From Pseudomonadota bacterium (GTDB taxonomy: Bacteria > Pseudomonadota > Gammaproteobacteria > Burkholderiales > Burkholderiaceae): a DNA stretch of 48,399 bases. Under the pieces are notes generated by a model. It had not been told where the DNA came from and made no database searches. It saw only the letters and a list, made by a program, of their open reading frames with translations. The stretch's first letter is position 1; each line of letters opens with the position of its first letter. Both the position numbers and the translations under genes were made by a program. Positions 1 to 10,833 of this stretch are shown piece after piece. Location: the NCBI GenBank assembly GCA_041174325.1, contig JBEDHB010000001.1, forward strand, positions 1 to 48,399. The letters run 5' to 3'.

Positions 1-80
1 TTATGGATATGTTTGATAAGAAACAAATGGATATTGAGCATATTCATCATTGGTTCACCAAAATTATTCAAAAGATATAA
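1..80 (+). CDS. Probable 3' end of an AT-rich gene entering from the left (…MDMFDKKQMDIEHIHHWFTKIIQKI*), product unknown
   Basis: Open frame 3..80 ends in TAA 1 bp from the convergent crtC stop. Too short to assign a family. Confidence 0.35.
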   Translation, partial: MDMFDKKQMDIEHIHHWFTKIIQKI

Positions 81-81
81 T

Positions 82-1299
82 TTATTTAACTCTCGGCATC
101 CGCCACGGCAACATAAACTGCACGGCCCAAGATGAGAGTCTTGGAACATCGAGCGTCTCATGAAATGAAGTCACCCGCTCACCAAGTAACTCGCTACTGA
201 GAACCGAGCGTGCATAAAAAGGCGTATCTTCTAGAGTTTCCAATATCTTTAGTTGGGCATCTTTCGGGTTACGCATTTGCCTCTGAATCCGCCAACCTGT
301 TTTGGGTAGGGCTTGGCGAGGAGGAGGGTCAAAGTGCTCGATGCGACCATCGGGAGTAAAAATGAGTCCTAAGACTCGCTCCACTCCATTGCGTTGGCGC
401 ACATCATAAATGACGGCAGTACGCTCACCGCTTAATTGGGCGCGTGACCAATCCCAATCCTTAAATGGAATCGCAATCGGCTCATCGCCCTCGTTGGAAT
501 CAAAATAAGCATTACCCTGCCATTTGATGTTGGGAGACTCCAGTTCAACTTCGATACGGGCAGCAGGGGCTAATGGCCCCCAGCGATGCCTGTGCTGATC
601 ATCGAGGTGGGTCGAGAAATTAAATAATTGCTTAGGGTATAACGTAAAGTGCCCAACCACGCGTTGACCAAAGGGAACGGCGCGCTCCATCAAATCAACC
701 CGCAAATGATCACCATTCCAATGCAGGCTACTAGGCCCAATCACAAATTCGGTTTGATTCCGAGAAACACTTGCTGAGCTACGTTCGGTCATAGTCCAGC
801 GTTTATTGCCCGGACTGTAGATGGCTAAATTAATCGCGCAATGATTTTCTGGGTTGACTTGGGCATGGCGACGACGTGCTAGTGCATAGTATGGAGAGAA
901 CACGCTCCCCACAAATGCAATCATGACCAGACCATGCTGGCCATCATCACTTAAGGCGTCGACGTACCACCAGAGATAAGCACCCGACCCGACCGCTTGA
1001 TCAAACCGAGGTGACCCATCAGAGTTGCGGCCGCCATACGACCCGATAGAGCCGCCATTGGAACTCCTGCCCCCGGATGCGCGCTGCCCCCCGCTAGATA
1101 AAGACCCGGTATCGCTGTTTGGGCCGCTGGCCGACGAAAGGTATCCATCCAGCCGTGGTTGGCCTGGCCATACAGAGCCCCACCCGTTGCTGGAAACAGA
1201 CGATGAAAGTCCTGTGGCGTGGTACGCGTTACCGTTGCATCCGCCAATGAGAGATTGAGGCCACAGTGTTCGAGCAGGGAAAGGGATTTTTCTTGACAT
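82..1299 (-). CDS. crtC: Carotenoid 1,2-hydratase (hydroxyneurosporene synthase); start uncertain
   Basis: CrtC motifs YLWWYVDALSDDG, IAFVGSVFSPYY, HRWGPLAP, AYFDSNEGDEP, LEDTPFYARS and C-terminal MLPWRMPR. Lies directly downstream of crtD. Confidence 0.9.
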   Translation of the reverse strand: MSRKIPFPARTLWPQSLIGGCNGNAYHATGLSSSVSSNGWGSVWPGQPRLDGYLSSASGPNSDTGSLSSGGQRASGGRSSNGGSIGSYGGRNSDGSPRFDQAVGSGAYLWWYVDALSDDGQHGLVMIAFVGSVFSPYYALARRRHAQVNPENHCAINLAIYSPGNKRWTMTERSSASVSRNQTEFVIGPSSLHWNGDHLRVDLMERAVPFGQRVVGHFTLYPKQLFNFSTHLDDQHRHRWGPLAPAARIEVELESPNIKWQGNAYFDSNEGDEPIAIPFKDWDWSRAQLSGERTAVIYDVRQRNGVERVLGLIFTPDGRIEHFDPPPRQALPKTGWRIQRQMRNPKDAQLKILETLEDTPFYARSVLSSELLGERVTSFHETLDVPRLSSWAVQFMLPWRMPRVK

Positions 1300-2498
1300 G
1301 ATTCAATTTCAGAGAGTGTGGGTTGTTGGTGATCACCAGTGGCTGGAGCGTTGACTAAACATAAGAGTCGCTCTCCGCCCGGATGTGAAAGATGGGTATC
1401 GGTTTGATCTTGGGCGCAAATGTAGACCGTTGGCTTCTGTGGCAAACGTTTGCGATAGAAAATATCCGTAAACTCGCTATCGTAGTCCGAGTCAAAGAAT
1501 ACATTGTGCCGAATCAGTGGAAAACCCTGTGGCTTCGCAAACATGGACCACGTGATCGCTGATAGGGATCGGGTCGTTTGGGTGACTGGGGACGCTTGGC
1601 GATTAGCCTCGCCGAGTAATCCCGTTTGCAGGGCCATGGCATCACCATTAAAGATAACCGCTTGCGTTTGAATGGTCTCTCCATTACTTAAGCGCACTCC
1701 TGAGATCTTACGATTTCGTTGCAAAATCTCATCGCAGTTCACACCGCAAATAAAGCGTACCCCTTTGGCACGCGCTAGATCGGTTAGCGCTTGTGTAATC
1801 GCAATCATGCCGCCTTGCACAGCCCACACGCCTTGCATTTCTACATCAGCGATTAGCATCAGGGTCGCAGGCGCCTGAAAAGGTGAAGAGCCGCAATAGG
1901 TGGCATAGCGCCCAAAGAGTTGGTGTAAACGCGGATCCCTGAAGTAACGACCTAAACTTTTCCATAGATCACTAAAAAGACCAATTTCATAGAGGGCTTT
2001 TGAGCCGGTCGGCCCCAAATCACCCATCATGCCCATCATTGAGGGGCGTTGCGACAACATATAGGCTTTCTCTAGGGCACGATAGAGTTTGCGGGTTTGT
2101 TCACAAAAATCAATGAAGCGCCGTGCCTCTGCAGCACCTGCAAAATCCTCAATGGCTTTGGCCGATTCATCACGATTGGCAAAGAGATCCAAGCGCTCGG
2201 ATTTGCTCCATGCATGGCGGGCTAAAATTTTGAGAGGTTCAATCCGTAAAACATCTTCAAGTCGTGAGCCTGCATTTTCAAAGATGCCATCAAAGACCCA
2301 ACGCATGGTAAACACGGTTGGTCCAGAATCTACCCCATGACCGGCACAGTCAATTTGCCGGATCTTGCCCCCGAGCTGTTGCTCTTTCTCGACTACGATG
2401 ACCTCAAGACCCGCGCAGGCAAGGTCTAGAGCGCTCACTAGACCACCGATGCCTCCACCGATCACCACAATCGGTTGATTGCCAAGCGACTTAGGCAA
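951..2498 (-). CDS. crtD: 1-hydroxycarotenoid 3,4-desaturase (CrtI-family FAD oxidoreductase)
   Basis: VVIGGGIGGL Rossmann motif, DSGPTVFTM, LFGRYATYCGSSPF, GLYLAGGSAHPGAGVPMAALSG. Likely TTG start at 2498 overlaps the crtA stop and follows a purine-rich AAGGAAG; the ORF track extends it to 2549. Confidence 0.92.
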   Translation of the reverse strand: MPKSLGNQPIVVIGGGIGGLVSALDLACAGLEVIVVEKEQQLGGKIRQIDCAGHGVDSGPTVFTMRWVFDGIFENAGSRLEDVLRIEPLKILARHAWSKSERLDLFANRDESAKAIEDFAGAAEARRFIDFCEQTRKLYRALEKAYMLSQRPSMMGMMGDLGPTGSKALYEIGLFSDLWKSLGRYFRDPRLHQLFGRYATYCGSSPFQAPATLMLIADVEMQGVWAVQGGMIAITQALTDLARAKGVRFICGVNCDEILQRNRKISGVRLSNGETIQTQAVIFNGDAMALQTGLLGEANRQASPVTQTTRSLSAITWSMFAKPQGFPLIRHNVFFDSDYDSEFTDIFYRKRLPQKPTVYICAQDQTDTHLSHPGGERLLCLVNAPATGDHQQPTLSEIESCQEKSLSLLEHCGLNLSLADATVTRTTPQDFHRLFPATGGALYGQANHGWMDTFRRPAAQTAIPGLYLAGGSAHPGAGVPMAALSGRMAAATLMGHLGLIKRSGRVLISGGTSTP

Positions 2499-3177
2499 GC
2501 GTTCTTCCTTTCCATGAGCCGGTTGCATCAAACGGCTGGAAGCGTACAAACATTGACTCAGAAAAATACTGCCCTTGCATGGCCGATTTGATGGCTGCTA
2601 AATGCGCACCAGAGCGAGCATAAGCATCCATGGCGGCTTGCGATTCCCAGATCGTAAATGTGGCTTGCCGAAGGATTGGCGCCTCCCCAACACCCGCAGA
2701 GATTAAGCAGCCATCGGTATGCAATAAATCCACTTCAGCAGGAGGCGCTTTAGTCCAAAACGACACAGCTTTAGTAGGCTTAATTGATGCACGGGTCAGT
2801 GAGGCGATCGGCCCTGAGCTTGGTGGTGCAATGGATTTATTCAGTTGATGACCTGACCATTGACCTTTTACAGAATAGGCTCGAAGTTTCACGGTAAATA
2901 ACTCTTGGGCATGCTCTTGATACCACTTGAGTAATGGCGATTGCTGAATAAATGCATTCGCATGCTCTAAAGAATCAAAGAGACTAAATAGACCTTGATG
3001 CGTTCCGCTCGGGCTCACTGAGAACCCTGCATTTTTGCCGGAGCCCATATGCTTTTGAAAAAGTAAGCCACTCGGTCGATAGAAGCTAAATCGATTGAAC
3101 ATGAGGCGCGCAATGCCAGCGAACTTGGCTTGCGGTTGGATGCTGACCAAGCTCATGACCGCTACCTGTGATGACAT
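2491..3177 (-). CDS. crtA: Spheroidene monooxygenase
   Basis: FQKHMGSGKNAGFS, LTRASIKP…FW…PPA, GVGEAPILRQATFTIW, YARSGAHLAAI, FSESMFVRF: typical CrtA signature in a carotenoid gene context. Confidence 0.88.
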   Translation of the reverse strand: MSSQVAVMSLVSIQPQAKFAGIARLMFNRFSFYRPSGLLFQKHMGSGKNAGFSVSPSGTHQGLFSLFDSLEHANAFIQQSPLLKWYQEHAQELFTVKLRAYSVKGQWSGHQLNKSIAPPSSGPIASLTRASIKPTKAVSFWTKAPPAEVDLLHTDGCLISAGVGEAPILRQATFTIWESQAAMDAYARSGAHLAAIKSAMQGQYFSESMFVRFQPFDATGSWKGRTLA

Positions 3178-3178
3178 C

Positions 3179-4594
3179 TTATTCCTCGATGTCGCTATCT
3201 TTGCTTTGATCGCTCAGATTGTATTTGCGTAATTTAATGTAGAGACTTTGACGTGAGAGACCTAGCATCTCGGAAGCAGAGACCCGATTACCACGCGTGA
3301 GATCTAGCGCAGCTTTAATGCAAAGCTGTTCAATCAAATCTGTTGTCTCATTAATAATTTCTTTTAAGGGTAAGCGGCCAACGAGTTGCGTGAGTTCTTC
3401 ACTCGAACGCGTAATGGACTCTTCGGGCTGAATTTTTGAGCGAATGCGTGAGCCAACCTCACGGATCGTAAACCCTAAGCAGGCATGCGGATAGGAAACT
3501 GATACGGCAGAAATCTCAACGGGATGTAAGGTACCAAATGAATCTCGAATCGAGGTTGCAAATAGCTTTATCGATCCTTTTTCTTGAAGATTGGAGAGCA
3601 TTACGCGCAAATCGACGCTCGAACGCTCAAGCCAGCGCTCAAGAGGCTCATTAAGGATCTGGTCAAGCTTATCAGCCATGATCAAACGTAAGAACGCTTG
3701 ATTGGCGGTTAATATTTTTCCTGCTGAGTTGGTCACGATAAAGCCATCGGGCGCATTCTCCAGCGCTTGGATCACTAACGATTGTGCGCTGGCATCTTGG
3801 CGATCAATGAACTCTCCAGAGCGCTTTATCGTGATTAATAGTAAGGATTGATTTTCATTGCGAAATGGGGCAGCTGATAAAAATGCCTCTTGGCCATTTA
3901 AAAGCTGAGTGCTAAGGTCAGCTGCGGTGCTGGTGTAGGCAACCTTACTCAGTAAGGATTGCGCCTGAATGCGATCACCCTTGGCAAAATAGTCAATTAA
4001 GGAACGACCATTGAGCTTTTTAATAGACTCATTCAATAAATCAGCAGCGCGTGGGTTGGCCTCAACAATTTTGAACGTATTCGCGTCAAGGACCAATACC
4101 GCCTCGGAGGCCATTTCGAATAAAACCCGATAACGTGTTTCGAGTTGGCGTAGACGGGTGTAATCACGTTCAATCGCTTGTTGAGCGTCCACCAAGCGTT
4201 GTTGCAAAAGAGAAATCTCTCGTAAATCACGAGCGAGCGCAATAATCTGCCCCGTACTTCCAATTTTTAATGTTGCACAGAGCAGGGGCAAATCACTGGC
4301 ACCCGACATCGGAACATTAATTTGACGAAAGCGTGAGAGAGAGGATTCATTAGCGTCTGCTAAGAGCGCTTGGATTTTTGGACGACTCTCGATCGTCACC
4401 ATATCCATCCAGGATTTACCAACCCAGTTTTCTAGGTTGGGGCTTCGTAAATCGGGGTTGCCAAACGCAATACTTTGAATGATACCTACTGAATTGAGGG
4501 TCAGCGAAATATCGGCTGAAGCCTCAACGAGATGTGCAATCTCCTCGGGGTTAAGTTGCCCGAAGGTGTGAGCGGTGCTGGCGATATTGGTCAC
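3179..4594 (-). CDS. ppsR: Photosynthesis gene repressor PpsR/CrtJ (PAS domains + Fis-type HTH)
   Basis: LQQRLVDAQQAIERDY linker, PAS repeats and C-terminal LCIKAALDLTRGNRVSASEMLGLSRQSLYIKLRKY HTH with the conserved Cys. Confidence 0.95.
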   Translation of the reverse strand: MTNIASTAHTFGQLNPEEIAHLVEASADISLTLNSVGIIQSIAFGNPDLRSPNLENWVGKSWMDMVTIESRPKIQALLADANESSLSRFRQINVPMSGASDLPLLCATLKIGSTGQIIALARDLREISLLQQRLVDAQQAIERDYTRLRQLETRYRVLFEMASEAVLVLDANTFKIVEANPRAADLLNESIKKLNGRSLIDYFAKGDRIQAQSLLSKVAYTSTAADLSTQLLNGQEAFLSAAPFRNENQSLLLITIKRSGEFIDRQDASAQSLVIQALENAPDGFIVTNSAGKILTANQAFLRLIMADKLDQILNEPLERWLERSSVDLRVMLSNLQEKGSIKLFATSIRDSFGTLHPVEISAVSVSYPHACLGFTIREVGSRIRSKIQPEESITRSSEELTQLVGRLPLKEIINETTDLIEQLCIKAALDLTRGNRVSASEMLGLSRQSLYIKLRKYNLSDQSKDSDIEE

Positions 4595-4619
4595 GGTCTC
4601 GGTCTTTTAGTCATTATTC

Positions 4620-5516
4620 TTAAACGCGTGATTTTAAGATATTCTCAGCAGCAATTACTGCATCCGGGGCGCTCAAGGTGCAAATGTCAGCAGCGCATCG
4701 ATCCATTAATTCTGGTTTGGCATTAAAGAGTGCGCCCCCAGCCATAATCCCAATTTGCGAGTTGGTTGAACATTTGCGGATTGCTTGAACTAAATCCTGC
4801 ATGGCATCCCATTGCAGCTCATACGAAATCGAGATTCCGACAATATCAAATGCTTGCTCGCGACACAGCGCGAGGATCTCTTCACCAGAGGGATTGGCTA
4901 TCGTAGTGACATCCCAGCCCGCCTGAATAAAGAATTCGCTCAACATCAACACGCCCATGGTGTGCTGGGAGTTAGGCATTGCAAATAATAACGCCCTCCC
5001 TGAGAGGGTTTTGTATTCACTTTCATTATTTCGAAAGTCCGGGCTAAGTTCTTGCATGATGCGCTGAATTCGACCGAGGGCAAGGGTCACCGTTGTAAAA
5101 CTGTGTTCATCCAGTTCCCAATAACAGCCCAAGCGCCTAGCGGCTGGTGCAATTAAGTCGAGATAAATTTCATTTAAATTGCGACCATCAAAGCGTAAGG
5201 ATTGAATAAATCCAAGGCAGATATCGTTGGAGCTGTGAATAAGCAGTTCGGCAAAGTGCTTAACCTCATCGCTCGAGATCGGCTCTCCCGTATTTACGGG
5301 ATCGATATGTGGATGATTTTGACCATGCTGCATGAGGAGGCGAGGAATAATTTGTGCCTCGATCGTTTTATTCAGTAGATTGGTAAGCAAATGGTGCGTG
5401 GATGTATCCAATTTCTTGGAAATCTGGGTATTGAAGCGTGCTTTTCTGTGCCATGTTTGGCCCTCCTTACCTTCTAGTGCCTGATTACCGTTTCTCGGTA
5501 GATTAAATTGATCCAC
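4620..5516 (-). CDS. ppaA: Cobalamin/tetrapyrrole-binding antirepressor PpaA/AerR
   Basis: IIPRL, YLDLIAPAARRLGCYWELD, QHTMG, FFIQAGWDV, IMAGGALF. Occupies the canonical position between bchF and ppsR. Confidence 0.88.
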   Translation of the reverse strand: MDQFNLPRNGNQALEGKEGQTWHRKARFNTQISKKLDTSTHHLLTNLLNKTIEAQIIPRLLMQHGQNHPHIDPVNTGEPISSDEVKHFAELLIHSSNDICLGFIQSLRFDGRNLNEIYLDLIAPAARRLGCYWELDEHSFTTVTLALGRIQRIMQELSPDFRNNESEYKTLSGRALLFAMPNSQHTMGVLMLSEFFIQAGWDVTTIANPSGEEILALCREQAFDIVGISISYELQWDAMQDLVQAIRKCSTNSQIGIMAGGALFNAKPELMDRCAADICTLSAPDAVIAAENILKSRV

Positions 5517-5548
5517 TCTTAACCCCTAAGCCATTTACATATGTTGCG

Positions 5549-5566
5549 ATGCAATATTTATTGCAT
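5549..5566. promoter_or_regulatory. Perfect inverted repeat ATGCAATA-TT-TATTGCAT upstream of ppaA; candidate operator
   Basis: 8-bp arms with a 2-bp spacer, about 33 bp upstream of the ppaA start. Confidence 0.4.
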
Positions 5567-5684
5567 TCCAAGCACTTTTTTCAGGTAATTCTTTCTAGAA
5601 ATCCAACTAAAAATAGGCTAATTCAGGTCAAAAACCTTCCTTTTTTGACCAATTTCCATAAGGTTTACCACTAGGAGTCTAAAC

Positions 5685-5702
5685 TGTCAAAATAATTTGA
5701 CA
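5685..5702. promoter_or_regulatory. PpsR binding site TGT-N12-ACA (TGTCAAAATAATTTGACA)
   Basis: Exact match to the PpsR/CrtJ consensus with 7-bp palindromic arms, in the ppaA/bchF divergent intergenic region. Confidence 0.88.
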
Positions 5703-5726
5703 TTTATAAGGGTTTATTCTTAGATT
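5697..5726 (+). promoter_or_regulatory. Putative sigma70 promoter for the bchF operon (-35 TTGACA 5697-5702, -10 TAGATT 5721-5726)
   Basis: Consensus -35 inside the PpsR box, 18-bp spacer and near-consensus -10. Confidence 0.5.
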
Positions 5727-5742
5727 TGTCTACACAAAAAAG

Positions 5743-5760
5743 CGTAAACTTAGGTTTACA
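5743..5760. promoter_or_regulatory. Second, one-mismatch PpsR site (CGTAAACTTAGGTTTACA)
   Basis: cGT-N12-ACA with palindromic GTAAAC/GTTTAC arms, 40 bp upstream of the bchF ATG. Confidence 0.65.
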
Positions 5761-5800
5761 CATTTTATATAGGAGCCAGGCTGCGTAAGGAAAAAAGCAC

Positions 5801-7590
<1,790 letters not shown>

Positions 7591-7598
7591 GAGAGGTC

Positions 7599-9197
7599 AT
7601 GAAATTAACGCTCTGGACTTACGAAGGACCGCCTCATATTGGCGCCATGCGCATCGCAACGGCAATGGAGGGCGTGCATTACGTCTTGCATGCACCGCAA
7701 GGGGACACCTACGCTGATTTGCTGTTCACCATGATCGAGCGGATGAATAAACGCCCACCGGTGACCTACACGACATTTCAGGCGCGTGACCTAGGAGGCG
7801 ATACTGCTGAGTTGTTCAAGGATGCAGCACGTTCTGCCTATGCACGCTTTAAGCCGGACTTACTCATGGTGGGCGCATCATGCACCGCTGAATTAATTCA
7901 GGATGACCCAGGCGGTTTAGCGGCTGCATTGCATCTACCAGTTCCTGTATTACCCTTGGAACTACCGGCCTACCAAAAGAAAGAGAACTGGGGCGCTGCA
8001 GAGACCTTTTATCAAATGGTGCGCTTGCTAGGTAAAGACTATGTTTTACCTCCTGGGGAGAAACGCAAACCGCGGGTTGCTGGATTGCCACCGAGTTGCA
8101 ATATCTTGGGGCCAACCGCATTAGGATTTCGGCATCGCGATGATTTGGTTGAGATTCGGAAGCTGCTGCGACAGATTGGCGTTCGAGTGAACGTCATTGC
8201 ACCCTTGGGGGCGAAGCCTGAGGATATTGCGCGCTTGCATGAGGCAGACTTCAACGTAGTTCTCTATCCAGAAGTGGCCAATAGTGCAGCCCAGTGGCTG
8301 AGTAAAAACTTTGGTCAACCCAGTACCAAAACTATCCCCATCGGATTGAATGCAACGCGCGCTTTCATCGAGGAGGTGTGTGCCATTGCGCAGATCCATT
8401 GCGATATCGATGAGCTGACTAAACGCTCACGCGCTCGCTGGTATGCCTTATCAGTCGACTCAACCTATTTAACCAATAAACGCGTCTTCATCTTTGGTGA
8501 TGCAACGCACGCGATTGCTGCTGCAAAAGTTGCGTCGCAAGAAATGGGCTTCCAGGTCGTTGGTCTTGGCACCTACAGTCGAGAACTGGCCCGCGAAGTA
8601 AGAGAAGCGGCGACTCAATATGGTATTGAAGCATTAATCACGGATGACTATCTGGAAGTTGAGCAGCGCATTACCGAACTACAGCCCGAGTTGATCCTTG
8701 GAAGTCAGATGGAGCGCCATATTGCGAAACGACTGAAGATTCCATGTGCCGTGATCTCAGCCCCTATTCATGTGCAGGACTTCCCGGCACGTTATTCACC
8801 GCAAATGGGGTTTGAGGGAGCCAATGTTCTCTTTGATACCTGGGTCCATCCATTAATGATGGGCTTAGAAGAGCACTTGATTGGTATGTTCCGTGAAGAC
8901 TTTGAGTTCCATGATGGCGCCGTACCGTCACACCTAGGTCATGGACATCAGCGCACCCCCGCGAATGAGGCCAATGTCGCCACCGAGCCTACGCCGATTC
9001 CGGAGGTTGCAGTCGCTAATGGCGCCCCAGTGACCGAGAGTGTGTGGGAGCCAGAAGCACAAAAAGAGCTCAACAAGATTCCATTCTTTGTACGCGGTAA
9101 AGCAAAACGCAACACCGAGCGCTTTGCCATTGAGCGCGGTTTACCAACGATTTCTTTAGAAACTTTGTATGACGCAAAAGCCCATTTTGGACGCTAA
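7599..9197 (+). CDS. bchB: Dark-operative protochlorophyllide reductase subunit B
   Basis: [36 protein letters not shown] and C-terminal [15 protein letters not shown] domain. Confidence 0.97.
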   Translation: MKLTLWTYEGPPHIGAMRIATAMEGVHYVLHAPQGDTYADLLFTMIERMNKRPPVTYTTFQARDLGGDTAELFKDAARSAYARFKPDLLMVGASCTAELIQDDPGGLAAALHLPVPVLPLELPAYQKKENWGAAETFYQMVRLLGKDYVLPPGEKRKPRVAGLPPSCNILGPTALGFRHRDDLVEIRKLLRQIGVRVNVIAPLGAKPEDIARLHEADFNVVLYPEVANSAAQWLSKNFGQPSTKTIPIGLNATRAFIEEVCAIAQIHCDIDELTKRSRARWYALSVDSTYLTNKRVFIFGDATHAIAAAKVASQEMGFQVVGLGTYSRELAREVREAATQYGIEALITDDYLEVEQRITELQPELILGSQMERHIAKRLKIPCAVISAPIHVQDFPARYSPQMGFEGANVLFDTWVHPLMMGLEEHLIGMFREDFEFHDGAVPSHLGHGHQRTPANEANVATEPTPIPEVAVANGAPVTESVWEPEAQKELNKIPFFVRGKAKRNTERFAIERGLPTISLETLYDAKAHFGR

Positions 9198-10121
<924 letters not shown>

Positions 10122-10134
10122 TTAGGGCACTAGC

Positions 10135-10833
10135 ATGCAAGACCATTCCTATCTCGAAAAACGCAGTCAGTTGCAGCAGTACTTTGATCGGACTGCGTTT
10201 GACGCTTGGGCGAAATTAACGTCCACTGCACCGGTGAGCGGTATTCGTAAAACCGTGCGGGCTGGGCGCGATGAGATGCGTAATGTCCTGCTAGGTTATT
10301 TGCCTACTGACCTCCATGGACAACGCGTTCTGGATGCAGGTTGTGGGACTGGTGCGCTTGCTGTCGAGTTAGCCAAGCGCGGTGCGCAGGTGATGGCAAC
10401 CGATATCTCGCCAACCTTAATTGACTTAGCACGCGAGCGTTTACCAACCGACTTGGGTCGGGGATCGATCGAGTTTTTTGCTGGTGATATGTTAGATCCC
10501 TCTTTGGGAGACTTTGATCATGTGGTTTGTATGGATTCCATGATTCATTACCATCGCCGTGATATTACGAAGGCACTTGCAGGACTTGCACAACGGACTC
10601 GGCAACGCATTGCATTCACCTTTGCGCCCAAGAACCCTTTTTTATCAACCATGATTGCCGTAGGACGTTTATTTCCACGTGGTGATCGCGCACCTTTTAT
10701 CGAGCCTGTTGCTGAGCAAACCCTCGCGAAGTTAATCACACACGAGGCCGATCTGACCGGTTGGAAAATTGATGCGACCCAAAAGATTGCGCGCGGGTTT
10801 TACATTTCACAGGCGATGGTGCTAAGTCGATGA
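10135..10833 (+). CDS. bchM: Mg-protoporphyrin IX O-methyltransferase
   Basis: YFDRTAFDAWAKLTS, SAM motif VLDAGCGTG, MDSMIHY, LFPRGDRAP. Confidence 0.96.
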   Translation: MQDHSYLEKRSQLQQYFDRTAFDAWAKLTSTAPVSGIRKTVRAGRDEMRNVLLGYLPTDLHGQRVLDAGCGTGALAVELAKRGAQVMATDISPTLIDLARERLPTDLGRGSIEFFAGDMLDPSLGDFDHVVCMDSMIHYHRRDITKALAGLAQRTRQRIAFTFAPKNPFLSTMIAVGRLFPRGDRAPFIEPVAEQTLAKLITHEADLTGWKIDATQKIARGFYISQAMVLSR

